From Bacillota bacterium (GTDB taxonomy: Bacteria; Bacillota; Clostridia; Christensenellales; SZUA-584), in contig JAEWQS010000040.1 in NCBI GenBank assembly GCA_023399095.1, forward strand, positions 3,225 through 67,224: a stretch of 64,000 nt of DNA, written 5' to 3'. Of this stretch, positions 17,321 to 26,506 are shown piece by piece. The translations under genes were made by a program, and so were the position numbers. How positions within the stretch are numbered: position 1 is the first letter of the stretch; each line of letters opens with the position of its first letter. The notes below the pieces were generated by a model. It had not been told where the DNA came from. It saw only the letters and a program-made list of their open reading frames with translations, and ran no database searches.

Positions 17321-18790
17321 TTACGCGAGATACTCGACGGAGCTGCCGGCATGGGTATAGCCGGTGACTTCCGTCATCGTCTCAAACATTCCTGTCGCCA
17401 CCATCTGGGAAACATTGTGACGGCTGCTTTGCCTTTTGCCGCCGCTGCTGTTTTGATTGTAGGCTTGACGGTCGTCACCCGTCTGCATCTGGCTTTGATA
17501 GGTAATATCGATGTTTGTGACCGCAATGCCCTTATCCTTGAGCACGGCCTGCATGTTTGTAGCTTGATCGGCAAACATACCCTTCACACCAATATCGTCC
17601 GTTTTAATCTGCATACGGATCTCGCCGTTTTCCATTGTGAGCTTGATGTTGACCTTACCCAAAAAGTCAGGCTTGAGCTCCACATCAAAATCATATTTAC
17701 CGTCACTGACCTGCGTGCTCAGTTTGTCCACAATACGCATCACATTGTCTTTAACAAAGTCCGTCTGCGTCGTTTGCGGCGCATCCGCTTTGGTTTCCAC
17801 AGTATCTGCGTTTTGTATAGACGCAATCTGAGACTGTGTGCTTGTTTGCATCGACACGTCAGTTTTTGTCACTTGCTGCGGCAGTTCGTCAGTGGTTGGC
17901 ATCTTAGGTTTGTCCGTCTGAATGTTTATTTCATCCGTCTGAACTGTTGGTCTATCCGTCTGCACCGCTGCATTCACCTGCTTTGTTGAAACAGGCAATG
18001 ACACAGCTGGCTCCGTCTTACCAGACTGAACCTCAACATCAGCGCTCACCGCCGATGTGTCTGCCGAGACGGTCGCGGAATCAGCCGCCAAGGTATTCTC
18101 GGCAGGCTTCTGCGTCACTGCCTTGAGCCTTAGCAGCAGATTTGCAATTTGATCAGGTAATGCCACCGTTTCCGCCACTTTGGCAACGGCTGTGGCTTCC
18201 GTCGTTTCCGGCATCGCCGCCTGCGTCGCATCCTGCGCCGCAGTGTATTGAACTTGTTTATTGGTACTCTCGAACGAGCCCAAATAGTCGCCAACTGCTT
18301 TTATAATCGCCTGCTGCATATCTTCCGGCAGCCGACTCAGTTGGTCTTTGGACAGCATCCTTGCATATTGTTCTAACGTTCCCGATTGCTCCGCATCCTG
18401 CGTCATTCCTTGAAGCAGTGTATCGGCGGCCTTGTTCACGACAGACGCATCTGTCTGTGTGGCCTGTCCGATTTCGGATGAAACTTGGGGAAGGTCAGAT
18501 CGATAATCCAGCAAACCGAATCCTTCGAGAATGCCAACAATTTCTGACGGCACTTGCTGTGCCGGCGAAGCTGTGGCCATGCTGTTATCTTGGTTGTTAT
18601 CGCCGGTCTGGTTCATGCTGATCGGTACGCCATATGGGGCTTCGTCATTCGCGAGGCACTTTTCAAGCTTCTTCTTAAAACCCAACAGCTCCTGCTTGGC
18701 ACTTGTGCTCTGCTGCCCCGACGGCGGCTGATTCACGGCATCGACACCGGCATTAATTGGTGCTTGTTTAAAAACCATAGCTGTGTTCAA
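17321..18790 (-). CDS. fliK: Flagellar hook-length control protein FliK
   Basis: 489 aa. Q/T/A-rich ruler region plus a Flg_hook-type C-terminus (DVELKPDFLGKVNIKLTMENGEIRMQIKTDD...LKDKGIAVTNIDI). Confidence 0.75.
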   Translation of the reverse strand: MNTAMVFKQAPINAGVDAVNQPPSGQQSTSAKQELLGFKKKLEKCLANDEAPYGVPISMNQTGDNNQDNSMATASPAQQVPSEIVGILEGFGLLDYRSDLPQVSSEIGQATQTDASVVNKAADTLLQGMTQDAEQSGTLEQYARMLSKDQLSRLPEDMQQAIIKAVGDYLGSFESTNKQVQYTAAQDATQAAMPETTEATAVAKVAETVALPDQIANLLLRLKAVTQKPAENTLAADSATVSADTSAVSADVEVQSGKTEPAVSLPVSTKQVNAAVQTDRPTVQTDEINIQTDKPKMPTTDELPQQVTKTDVSMQTSTQSQIASIQNADTVETKADAPQTTQTDFVKDNVMRIVDKLSTQVSDGKYDFDVELKPDFLGKVNIKLTMENGEIRMQIKTDDIGVKGMFADQATNMQAVLKDKGIAVTNIDITYQSQMQTGDDRQAYNQNSSGGKRQSSRHNVSQMVATGMFETMTEVTGYTHAGSSVEYLA

Positions 18791-18842
18791 ATAAACCTTC
18801 CTCCTTTCTTTTCAAACATTCTTCGCATCAAACGCCTCCTTC

Positions 18843-19574
18843 TTACTCGTCTTGCTTCATCATTTCCGCTAGAATTTTTGAAGCTGTACTTGAGTTCATG
18901 TTTGAGAGAATCTTCGACGCGCTTTCACTGCTCATATTCATCAGCAGATCGACAATATACGACGTATCAAGCCGTTTGAGCATACCGGCTGCCGTGTCAG
19001 CATCCATCTTCTCAAACATCTTAGCAGCTGTCAGCAAGTCTGCTTGTGCCTGCTCGGCCTGCTCGGCTGCGTTTGTTTGATCTTCCATGGTCTGTACTTG
19101 CTCAGCCACTGCCGACTCTCTTGCTGCAAGTTCTTCCTCGCGCGCGTTTATCTCCTCTTCTTTATTATCGAGCGTTTGTTGCTTTTCCTTAACCTTTGCT
19201 TTTTGATCATCTAATTTTTGTTTTTGTTCATCAATGTCGGCCTGCAGCGCAGCGATCTCTTCTTCCGTTATAGAAGGCTCCGCCGAAACCTCTTCGGTCT
19301 CACCTGCCTGCAGGAAATCCACCACCGACTGCTTCAGTCCGCCCACGTCAAAATAAACGACAGCCGCGCCTGCAATGAGCAGCACAATCAAAAAAACGCT
19401 GAACACAGCAGCTCCTGATATTTTTTTCTTTGCTTTTTGCGGCTTACCGGGCTTAGCAGACTTTTGAGACTTTACCGGTTTTGCCGGTTTTGCTTTCTGT
19501 GCGCTTGCTCCGACGCTAGCGGCACCGGACCTTGCACCCGCTCTGTTCCCCTGATAATCTTCCTGCATAATCAA
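18843..19574 (-). CDS. MgtE-N-domain (MotE/YlxF-like) flagellar operon protein
   Basis: 243 aa. Lys-rich N-terminus, TM helix, coiled coil, then a C-terminal MgtE_N-like segment (MFEKMDADTAAGMLKRLD...ASKILSNMNSSTASKILAEM). Occupies the ylxF position between fliJ and fliK. Confidence 0.6.
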   Translation of the reverse strand: MIMQEDYQGNRAGARSGAASVGASAQKAKPAKPVKSQKSAKPGKPQKAKKKISGAAVFSVFLIVLLIAGAAVVYFDVGGLKQSVVDFLQAGETEEVSAEPSITEEEIAALQADIDEQKQKLDDQKAKVKEKQQTLDNKEEEINAREEELAARESAVAEQVQTMEDQTNAAEQAEQAQADLLTAAKMFEKMDADTAAGMLKRLDTSYIVDLLMNMSSESASKILSNMNSSTASKILAEMMKQDE

Positions 19575-19577
19575 TCC

Positions 19578-20024
19578 TTATGATATCGTGACTTTATATG
19601 AAACAAAGTCATCGACAAATTTGTTCTGATTCTTTTTCACTTCTGCGAGATACTCACTGTATTGGCTTTCCCGGAGCTTATCGAGCAGCTTTATATCCCT
19701 ACGGACGAGCACGAGCTTTTGCATCCATTCCGCCTTCTCTTCCTCAAGCTTGCCCATTTGGTCCGTCACTGCTGCCATCGTGGCTTTTGTGGTGTCAAAA
19801 AAAGAACCGTAATGGTTGGCGCGATGCGCGATCATGCCCTGCGAAACCTCGCCAAAAAACTCTTCCTTTGTTCTGTCGAAACAGCGGCCTAGTTCCGCAA
19901 GTTCATCTCTGCATGCATTGATCTTGGCTTCGATTATTCCAATCTGCAGCTTATGTTGCTTTTCAATGCCCAGCTGCATGTCGTACCACGATTGAAGAGA
20001 AAAAACAAACTTTTTCATAATCAC
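19578..20024 (-). CDS. fliJ: Flagellar export chaperone FliJ
   Basis: 148 aa coiled-coil protein immediately after fliI. Confidence 0.7.
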   Translation of the reverse strand: MIMKKFVFSLQSWYDMQLGIEKQHKLQIGIIEAKINACRDELAELGRCFDRTKEEFFGEVSQGMIAHRANHYGSFFDTTKATMAAVTDQMGKLEEEKAEWMQKLVLVRRDIKLLDKLRESQYSEYLAEVKKNQNKFVDDFVSYKVTIS

Positions 20025-21352
20025 ACACTTCGCCTGTCATAGATTTGGCTGACCAGTTCCATCGTCTCCTCGAACGAAAAGTGTTCGTCCACCTGTTGCT
20101 TTAACAAATCGTTTATCGCGTCATTGAGGGCAATGGCTTCATCAATTTTTGCGCTCGAACCGCTCTTATACGCGCCAATAGATATCAGATCGTAAGCTTC
20201 TTTATATGTGGACATGACGCCTTTTAAGTATGCGGTTTTTGCCAATGCGTCTTTATCCACCACATCAGGCATCAGACGGCTGACGCTTTGCAGCACATCG
20301 ATGGCTGGATAATGATTGCCGTTAGCCAGCTTACGCGAAAGCACGATATGGCCGTCCAGTATCCCCCTCACCGTATCGGAGATGGGTTCATCCATATCGT
20401 CACCCTCCACCAGCACGGTATAAAGACCTGTGATGGAGCCTTTGCTGCACATGCCCGCGCGCTCAAGCAGCTTGGGTAATATCGCATATACCGAAGGTGT
20501 GAATCCGCGTGACACAGGCGGCTCACCTATCGCCATCCCAATCTCGCGTTGGGCCATCGCAAAGCGCGTCAGCGAATCCATCATGAGCATCACATTATAA
20601 CCCTGATCGCGAAAATACTCCGCAATCGCCGTACCCACCATGGCAGATTTGAGACGCACCAGTGCGGGTTGATCCGATGTGGCCACAATGAGTATGGAGC
20701 GCTTTAATCCCTCTTCCTGCAGATCCTTTTCGATAAAATCCTTGACCTCGCGGCCTCTTTCGCCAATCAACACGATCACGTTGATATCCGCCGTTGTGTT
20801 TCGGGCGATCATACCGAGCAATGTGCTTTTGCCCACGCCGCTGCCCGCAAAGATGCCGATTCTTTGCCCCTTGCCGAGCGTCAGCATCGCATCGATGGCT
20901 TTGACTCCCAGCGGCAGCTTCTCGGTGATTCTGTTTCGGTCAAGCGGGCTGGGCGGATTGTTCATGATCGGATAGTGGCCGGATGCCTTCACAGGCCCCA
21001 GACCATCCATCGGGTTCCCCAGACCGTCCAGCACGCGTCCGCAGAACTCCTGACCTACCGGCACTTTAAGCGCCCTGTTATCAGACACCACATAGCTGCT
21101 GGGGCCGACACCCGAGAGATCGCCGAACGGCATCAGTAGTACCTTTTTTTCCTTAAACCCGACAACCTCGGAGAGAATATACTTTGTCTTATCGTCCGTA
21201 TAAATGCGGCACATATCGCCAAGCTTGGCGGTGAGACCCACCGCCTCCACGGTAAGGCCATAAATCTGGCTGACCCTGCCGCCATATTCAAAAAAATCAC
21301 TGTCTTTAAGTGCATTCTTGCAGATCTGTGTCTTGGCAAACATATCACTCAA
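20021..21352 (-). CDS. fliI: Flagellum-specific ATPase FliI
   Basis: 443 aa. Walker A GSGVGKST; Walker B VMLMMDSLTR. Confidence 0.95.
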   Translation of the reverse strand: MSDMFAKTQICKNALKDSDFFEYGGRVSQIYGLTVEAVGLTAKLGDMCRIYTDDKTKYILSEVVGFKEKKVLLMPFGDLSGVGPSSYVVSDNRALKVPVGQEFCGRVLDGLGNPMDGLGPVKASGHYPIMNNPPSPLDRNRITEKLPLGVKAIDAMLTLGKGQRIGIFAGSGVGKSTLLGMIARNTTADINVIVLIGERGREVKDFIEKDLQEEGLKRSILIVATSDQPALVRLKSAMVGTAIAEYFRDQGYNVMLMMDSLTRFAMAQREIGMAIGEPPVSRGFTPSVYAILPKLLERAGMCSKGSITGLYTVLVEGDDMDEPISDTVRGILDGHIVLSRKLANGNHYPAIDVLQSVSRLMPDVVDKDALAKTAYLKGVMSTYKEAYDLISIGAYKSGSSAKIDEAIALNDAINDLLKQQVDEHFSFEETMELVSQIYDRRSV

Positions 21353-22085
21353 CCTGTTCTTTTAACAGCTGCCTGATTTTGCCCAGCTGCATCGGAATGC
21401 CCGCATCCACAATTTCATTGTCGGCCTCGACAATACAGCTTCCCTGCTTTAGATTGCCGCCACAGATCACCTCAAATTGTTTGCTGCCTGTCTGCCCACG
21501 GAGCCACTTATCATCACCCTTGAAATACTTGTCAAAATCGGCGCGGCTAACATAAAGTGAGAGGTCATCCGCATGTTTGATGCCTTCCACCGCTTTCTTC
21601 ACAATATCTTTAAACACGTTATCGTCTCTGCTTATGACAACATCTGTGATTTTCTCTGCCACATCCATAGCAAGCGACAAAACGTCTGACTCCAGCATAA
21701 TATAGAGATCTTGTCTGTAATCTTCGATCCGAGACAATACGTCTTTGACTTCTTTGTTCTTTGCCCTGAGCTCGGCATCTGCTTTTTGTCTGCCTTCAGC
21801 GATACCCGCTTCATAGCCTTCGCACCGCGCAGTTTCCCGAATCTGCTCCGCTTCAGTTTGCGCATCACGTAAAATTTGCTGAGCTTTTTCATTGGCTTTC
21901 TGAATAAACTCGCACATTTTTTCCCTCAAAGCAGGCGATATTTGCTCTTCTTCCTCCGCACTCATCACCTTTTCACCGATGCTGTTATCCATCTGAACCG
22001 TCTCTTTGGGCGTAATCACGATGCACGACCGGTTAAGATTCATATTATCAATCATTGTTTTATCAATCTTATACAATGAGCTCAT
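21345..22085 (-). CDS. fliH: Flagellar assembly protein FliH
   Basis: 246 aa; coiled-coil/E-rich region followed by a FliH-type C-terminus. Synteny fliG-fliH-fliI. Confidence 0.75.
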   Translation of the reverse strand: MSSLYKIDKTMIDNMNLNRSCIVITPKETVQMDNSIGEKVMSAEEEEQISPALREKMCEFIQKANEKAQQILRDAQTEAEQIRETARCEGYEAGIAEGRQKADAELRAKNKEVKDVLSRIEDYRQDLYIMLESDVLSLAMDVAEKITDVVISRDDNVFKDIVKKAVEGIKHADDLSLYVSRADFDKYFKGDDKWLRGQTGSKQFEVICGGNLKQGSCIVEADNEIVDAGIPMQLGKIRQLLKEQVE

Positions 22086-23076
22086 CCCCCATGCTGCGTG
22101 CTATGATGATTTCGCCCGAATCATCCAGCCTTCTTATCACATTGACGATCTTCTGCTGCGCTTCCTCCACGTCTCTGACCCTGACAGGACCCATGTATTC
22201 CATATCTTCCTTGATCATCTCCTGCAAACGTTTGGAGATGTTATCGAATATCACCTTAGATACCTCGTTGGTGGCACCCTTAAGCGCAATAGCAAGGTCG
22301 CGGTTGTCGATCTCTTTGAGAACACGCTGAATCGATTGATTGCCGAGCTTGACGACATCCTCGAAAACAAACATGCGTTTTCTGATCTCTTCCACGAGTT
22401 CGGCGTCTGTCTCCTCCAGTGCCTCCAGCAAATGCCGCTCTGTACCGCGGTCGACGCTGTTCAAAATGGTCACGAGACTATCAATACCGCCTGTGATGGT
22501 ATGATCGCCAAGGCTAAGCGTAGAGAGCTTCTTCTCCAGCACCCTCTCGGTTTCCTTAATATATTCCGGAGACGTGATACCCATGTTGGCGATACGAGCA
22601 ATGACGCTGGTCTGTTTTTCCAGCGGCAGCGCGGAAAGAATCTGCGCGGCATGCTTTGGATCCACATACGACAATATAAGCGCGACCGTCTGCGGATGCT
22701 CGTTTTGTATGAAGTTAAAAACCTGCGTTGAGTCGGCTTTGCGTATAAAGTCAAAAGGCTTCACCCTTAGTGAAGCTGAAAGTTTGCCTATAAGGTCGTT
22801 TGTACGATCTTCTCCAAAAGCGCTGTTTAATATTTCTCTCGCATAATCGATACCGCCTTCGGATATGTATTTACGGGCGATACACATCTGCATGAATTCG
22901 TCTATCACCGATTCCTTGATCTCGGGATCAACACGTCTCATGCTTGTGATACCTAGCGTGAGCTGTTCAACTTCTTCCTCGGTAAGGAACTTAAAGACTT
23001 TGGCTGCATGTTCCTTTTTCATTGTGATCATCAGCACAGCAGCCTTTTCTTTTGTCGAAAGTTTTTCCCGTACCAT
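22069..23076 (-). CDS. fliG: Flagellar motor switch protein FliG
   Basis: 335 aa: KAAVLMITM....AAKVFKFL.EEEVEQLT and MFVFEDV. Confidence 0.9.
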   Translation of the reverse strand: MVREKLSTKEKAAVLMITMKKEHAAKVFKFLTEEEVEQLTLGITSMRRVDPEIKESVIDEFMQMCIARKYISEGGIDYAREILNSAFGEDRTNDLIGKLSASLRVKPFDFIRKADSTQVFNFIQNEHPQTVALILSYVDPKHAAQILSALPLEKQTSVIARIANMGITSPEYIKETERVLEKKLSTLSLGDHTITGGIDSLVTILNSVDRGTERHLLEALEETDAELVEEIRKRMFVFEDVVKLGNQSIQRVLKEIDNRDLAIALKGATNEVSKVIFDNISKRLQEMIKEDMEYMGPVRVRDVEEAQQKIVNVIRRLDDSGEIIIARSMGDELIV

Positions 23077-23088
23077 ATGAGCTTTCTC

Positions 23089-24675
23089 CTAGTCCTCGTT
23101 TAACCAGTTGCGTAAGAGATTCGCAACGGATTCCGGATTTTTGCCGATATAGTCTTCAAGTATCTGCAGCTTGTTATCCGTTTCCTCAAAGTCTTCGAGC
23201 CTGATATCATGTAAAGAAGGAAGCGGTTCATTATCTTCACCCAAAATGATTTCCTCGTCCGCAAGGTACTCAAATCCCCCTTCGGCTGCCACCGGTTCTT
23301 CCTTTTTCCTAAACAGCCGGAAAATCATGAAGATGAATATCAGCACCACCAGCACTGTGGCAAGAATGATCAAAAGGCGTGTTGTCTCGGCGCTTTGTAT
23401 GCTGGAAAGCAGCTGAGACTGCGCGTCGAAAGCATCCTGAACCTCTGAGTTGTCCATCTCCAGGAACGGAAGCGGTATCACAGTGATGCGGTCTTCAGTT
23501 ACGCCGATTGCTGTGGCCACCAGCTGCTTGACCTCATCCGAGTAATCGTCCACCTCATCGCTGTTCAGTATCACAGAGACAGACAGATCCGCAATCTGCC
23601 CCTTGGCTTGATCGATCTGAGTCTTGGTCTGATTGAGCTCATAGTTCGCTTCGCGTGACGCCTGGTAATAGGCGGAATTGTCCTTGTTGTCTTCAAGCGT
23701 GTCCAAATACTGCGAAGCCGTACCGTTTGCATCGATACCGGCCACCGAGCCGCTCGTGTCGCTCGCGATCTCCTCAATAAGCTCCGACATGCTGACCACG
23801 AGGCCTTCTGTACCGTCCGCCGGCGGTTCAAATTCCACTGATTCGGTCACTTTGGAATCGAAATTGAGCTTGACATTCACCTCGGCCTTGACGTTATCCT
23901 CTCCGAAAACAGGCGTCAGGAGACTGATGATCTGCTTTTGCATCTTCTGTTGAACAGAATCTTGCAAGCCGAGCTGAGAATCGACATTGCCGACCACATC
24001 GTCCCCGTTGGTGCTGTATACGTTCATCTGTGAGTCAACAATGCGCACATCTTCCGGCGCAAGACCCGAAATGCTGTTGGAGACAATCTCTGCAATCGCT
24101 TCCGCCTCGCTGTCGGACAGCTTCTGACCGTTTTTGAGTGTGAGCATCACCGACGCTGTGGGTTTTGTCTCATCGTCGGCGAGCACATACGAGCTTTCTT
24201 CAGCAAGATCGATATTGACAATGGCGTCGTCCACCTTGTCCATCTTTAAAATGGTCTGCCTTAAATTCTCTTGTATTTGGAACTGATAGTAGACCTTCTT
24301 TTCCATATCCGTCACGCCCAAGCCCGACGCATTCTGGAAAATATCATAATTGTAACCGCTGCTGGGATACCCTTGCGCCGCCAGCTCCATGCGTACGCTG
24401 TCGGCCACGCTTTCTTCGACGAGTATCGTATTGTCACCCTGCGCCTTGGCATCCACGCCCATATCGGACAAAACCGTCATGACGTTTCCCGCATCGGCGG
24501 AATCCATGCCGGAATAAAGCACCGTATAGTTTTTTTGATTCAAAAACACCGACACAACGGCGAGTATAATTATAATGATAGCAATAAGTACGAATAGCCG
24601 TACCTTCTGCCCTTTTTCCAGTTTCTTGAAAGCTTCAGCTATCTTTGAAGGTATTTTCGTCAATCCATTTGCCAT
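23089..24675 (-). CDS. fliF: Flagellar MS-ring protein FliF
   Basis: About 528 aa. The ATG at 24675 (6 nt after AGGA) is preferred to 24681. Typical FliF N-terminal TM plus YscJ-like domains and a C-terminal TM. Confidence 0.9.
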   Translation of the reverse strand: MANGLTKIPSKIAEAFKKLEKGQKVRLFVLIAIIIIILAVVSVFLNQKNYTVLYSGMDSADAGNVMTVLSDMGVDAKAQGDNTILVEESVADSVRMELAAQGYPSSGYNYDIFQNASGLGVTDMEKKVYYQFQIQENLRQTILKMDKVDDAIVNIDLAEESSYVLADDETKPTASVMLTLKNGQKLSDSEAEAIAEIVSNSISGLAPEDVRIVDSQMNVYSTNGDDVVGNVDSQLGLQDSVQQKMQKQIISLLTPVFGEDNVKAEVNVKLNFDSKVTESVEFEPPADGTEGLVVSMSELIEEIASDTSGSVAGIDANGTASQYLDTLEDNKDNSAYYQASREANYELNQTKTQIDQAKGQIADLSVSVILNSDEVDDYSDEVKQLVATAIGVTEDRITVIPLPFLEMDNSEVQDAFDAQSQLLSSIQSAETTRLLIILATVLVVLIFIFMIFRLFRKKEEPVAAEGGFEYLADEEIILGEDNEPLPSLHDIRLEDFEETDNKLQILEDYIGKNPESVANLLRNWLNED

Positions 24676-24763
24676 ATTCATTCCTAAACCGTTATAAAAT
24701 ATATAAATATATGTGAGTCCGACATATTAATAAACTTTTTTATGCTGATGAATCATTTTTTTG

Positions 24764-24790
24764 TAAAGTCTTGACCAAAAGTGACGATAT
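24764..24790 (+). promoter_or_regulatory. Sigma-28 (SigD/FliA)-type promoter of the flagellin gene
   Basis: TAAA (24764-24767), 15-nt spacer, GACGATAT (24783-24790), against the consensus TAAA-N15-GCCGATAT. Confidence 0.65.
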
Positions 24791-24857
24791 AACTGATGTA
24801 GCAATCAACGCCGGAACTATAAAGGCGCCTTAGAACCGGGGCTGACGCTGCAAATAA

Positions 24858-24895
24858 GAGCATGGACGCTCAATAAAAAAATTTCATGGAGGAAA
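24858..24895 (+). promoter_or_regulatory. Two CsrA-type binding hairpins in the flagellin 5' leader
   Basis: GAGC-AUGGAC-GCUC (24858-24871) and UUUC-AUGGAG-GAAA (24882-24895). Each presents GGA in a 6-nt loop. The second overlaps the Shine-Dalgarno GGAGG. Confidence 0.55.
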
Positions 24896-24900
24896 TAAAA

Positions 24901-26040
24901 ATGAGAATTAACAACAATCTTATGGCGATGAACACTCATCGTCAGTATGCTGTCAACAACGGCAGCGTGGCCAAAGCAACAGAAAGACTGTCCTCGGGCT
25001 TAAAGATCAACCGCGCCGGTGACGACGCTGCCGGTCTTGCGATTTCCGAGAAGATGAGAGCCCAGATCCGCGGCCTCAACATGGCTTCCAAGAACAGTAA
25101 TGACGCCATCTCGCTCGTCCAGACTGCTGAAGGCGCGCTCACAGAGACGCATTCCATACTGCAACGTATGAACGAGTTGGCTGTGCAGTCGGCTTCTGAC
25201 ACAAACGAAGACGACGTCGACCGTGACGCCCTGCAGGCAGAATTCACAGCGCTTCGCAGCGAAATCGACGACATTGCCAACAAGACAACCTTCAACAACA
25301 AGAAGTTGCTCAATGGTGACTTCGGTACGGAATATTCCATCGCTGCCGGGGCTGGAAGCGACGTGCAATTGTATGACAACGGTATTTCTAATATCAATTT
25401 TGAGGGCTTCACTTCATCCGATGTGGGCGTTGCACATTCAATTGTTTTAACTGTTGCTGGCGGTGTCATAACAGGTGCACAACTAGACGGAACAACTGCC
25501 GCAGCAATGACTGGGGATGGCGCTGCAGGTGCTGGTTCTTTAGTGCTTGATTTCGGCAATGCTGGAATGGTCACTCTTTCTTTCTCGTCTGAACATGGTG
25601 CTTTTACAACTGCTGATGAACTTAATTTTACTGCAACTCAAGATGCCGCTGAAATTCAGACTGGTGCCAACGCCGGAGAAACGCTTGATATCTCAATCAA
25701 AAGCATGAAGGCTGCAGATCTGGACGCTGGCATGGCAGCGGCTGATATCAGCACCAAAGCTGGTGCAACTTTAGCTATCACAAGCACACAGAACGCGATC
25801 AACGCTGTGTCTACACAGCGCGCGAACCTCGGTGCGATTCAGAACAGACTCGAGCACAAGATCAACAACCTCAACACATCGGCCGAGAATCTGCAGGCCG
25901 CCGAAAGCCGCATCCGCGACATCGACATGGCTGCAGAAATGACCAACTTCACGACACAGAACATTCTGGTCCAGGCCGCTACGGCGATGTTGGCTCAGGC
26001 GAACTCTGCTCCGCAGAACGTCCTGTCGCTGCTTAAGTAA
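24901..26040 (+). CDS. Flagellin
   Basis: 379 aa from the ATG at 24901: MRINNNLMAMNTHRQ...LSSGLKINRAGDDAAGLAISEKMR; C-terminus LGAIQNRLEH...AMLAQANSAPQNVLSLLK. Confidence 0.95.
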   Translation: MRINNNLMAMNTHRQYAVNNGSVAKATERLSSGLKINRAGDDAAGLAISEKMRAQIRGLNMASKNSNDAISLVQTAEGALTETHSILQRMNELAVQSASDTNEDDVDRDALQAEFTALRSEIDDIANKTTFNNKKLLNGDFGTEYSIAAGAGSDVQLYDNGISNINFEGFTSSDVGVAHSIVLTVAGGVITGAQLDGTTAAAMTGDGAAGAGSLVLDFGNAGMVTLSFSSEHGAFTTADELNFTATQDAAEIQTGANAGETLDISIKSMKAADLDAGMAAADISTKAGATLAITSTQNAINAVSTQRANLGAIQNRLEHKINNLNTSAENLQAAESRIRDIDMAAEMTNFTTQNILVQAATAMLAQANSAPQNVLSLLK

Positions 26041-26084
26041 AAATAGTCTATTGAACCTTTTGGTTCAAACCAGGCGCCAAAATT

Positions 26085-26117
26085 CAGCCGTCGGATTTAT
26101 CCGGCGGCTGTTCTTTT
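26085..26117 (+). terminator. Rho-independent terminator of the flagellin gene
   Basis: 10-bp stem CAGCCGTCGG-atttat-CCGGCGGCTG followed by TTCTTTT. Confidence 0.75.
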
Positions 26118-26129
26118 GGCATTTAATGC

Positions 26130-26506
26130 GGGCCGGCATGGAAACCGGCCCCTACGGTTCGTGACGCATTTGTTCGGGCATTCCGTTGGGGCGGGTCTCC
26201 GCCTGTTGCATCGCGGCATGATTGACGCGGGAGGGTATGGAGGCCCTCCCCTACGGTTTGTGACGTATTTGTTCCGGCATCCTATAGGGGCGGTCTCCGT
26301 CTGTGCCCCGAATGGGGTATGCGCGCCCGTCACGTCACGGCATGATTGACGCCGGAGGGTATGGAAGCCCTCCCCTACGGTTCGTGACGCATTTGTTCCG
26401 ATATTCCTGTAGGGGCGGGTCTCCGCGCCCGCCCGTCGCATGATGGCAATGTTCCAACGCGGGAGGGCGTGGAAGCCCTCCCCTACGGTTCGTGCGTATA
26501 TTCGTT
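26130..26506. repeat. Array of GC-rich REP-like hairpins (four A-type, three B-type) in head-to-head doublets
   Basis: A-type, read on the minus strand, is GTAG + GGGAGGG-N6-8-CCCTCCC (variant GGGCCGG/CCGGCCC), at 26130-26155, 26229-26254, 26353-26378 and 26461-26486. B-type, on the plus strand, is GTAG + GGGCGGG-tctccgcg-CCCGCCC, best copy at 26409-26434. Degenerate B copies start at 26185 and 26284. Confidence 0.85.

Noticed and set aside
24682-24900. Invertible flagellar switch, as in Clostridioides difficile, in the fliF/hag divergent region
   Set aside because: I found no flanking inverted repeats and no nearby recombinase. A sigma-A promoter for fliF (for example TTTACA-N17-CATAAA on the minus strand) could not be assigned with confidence, so none is reported.
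24942-25574. 210-aa ORF antisense to flagellin, and similar long antisense ORFs (7751-8740, 37782-38621, 39488-40072, 61433-62326 and others)
   Set aside because: Each lies opposite a gene with unambiguous family motifs. They are rich in Ser/Arg/Leu/Cys, as expected of antisense frames, and lack ribosome-binding sites.
26051-26068. Hairpin TTGAACC-tttt-GGTTCAA just after the flagellin stop, considered as its terminator
   Set aside because: No U-tract follows it. The 10-bp stem with TTCTTTT at 26085-26117 is the credible terminator.
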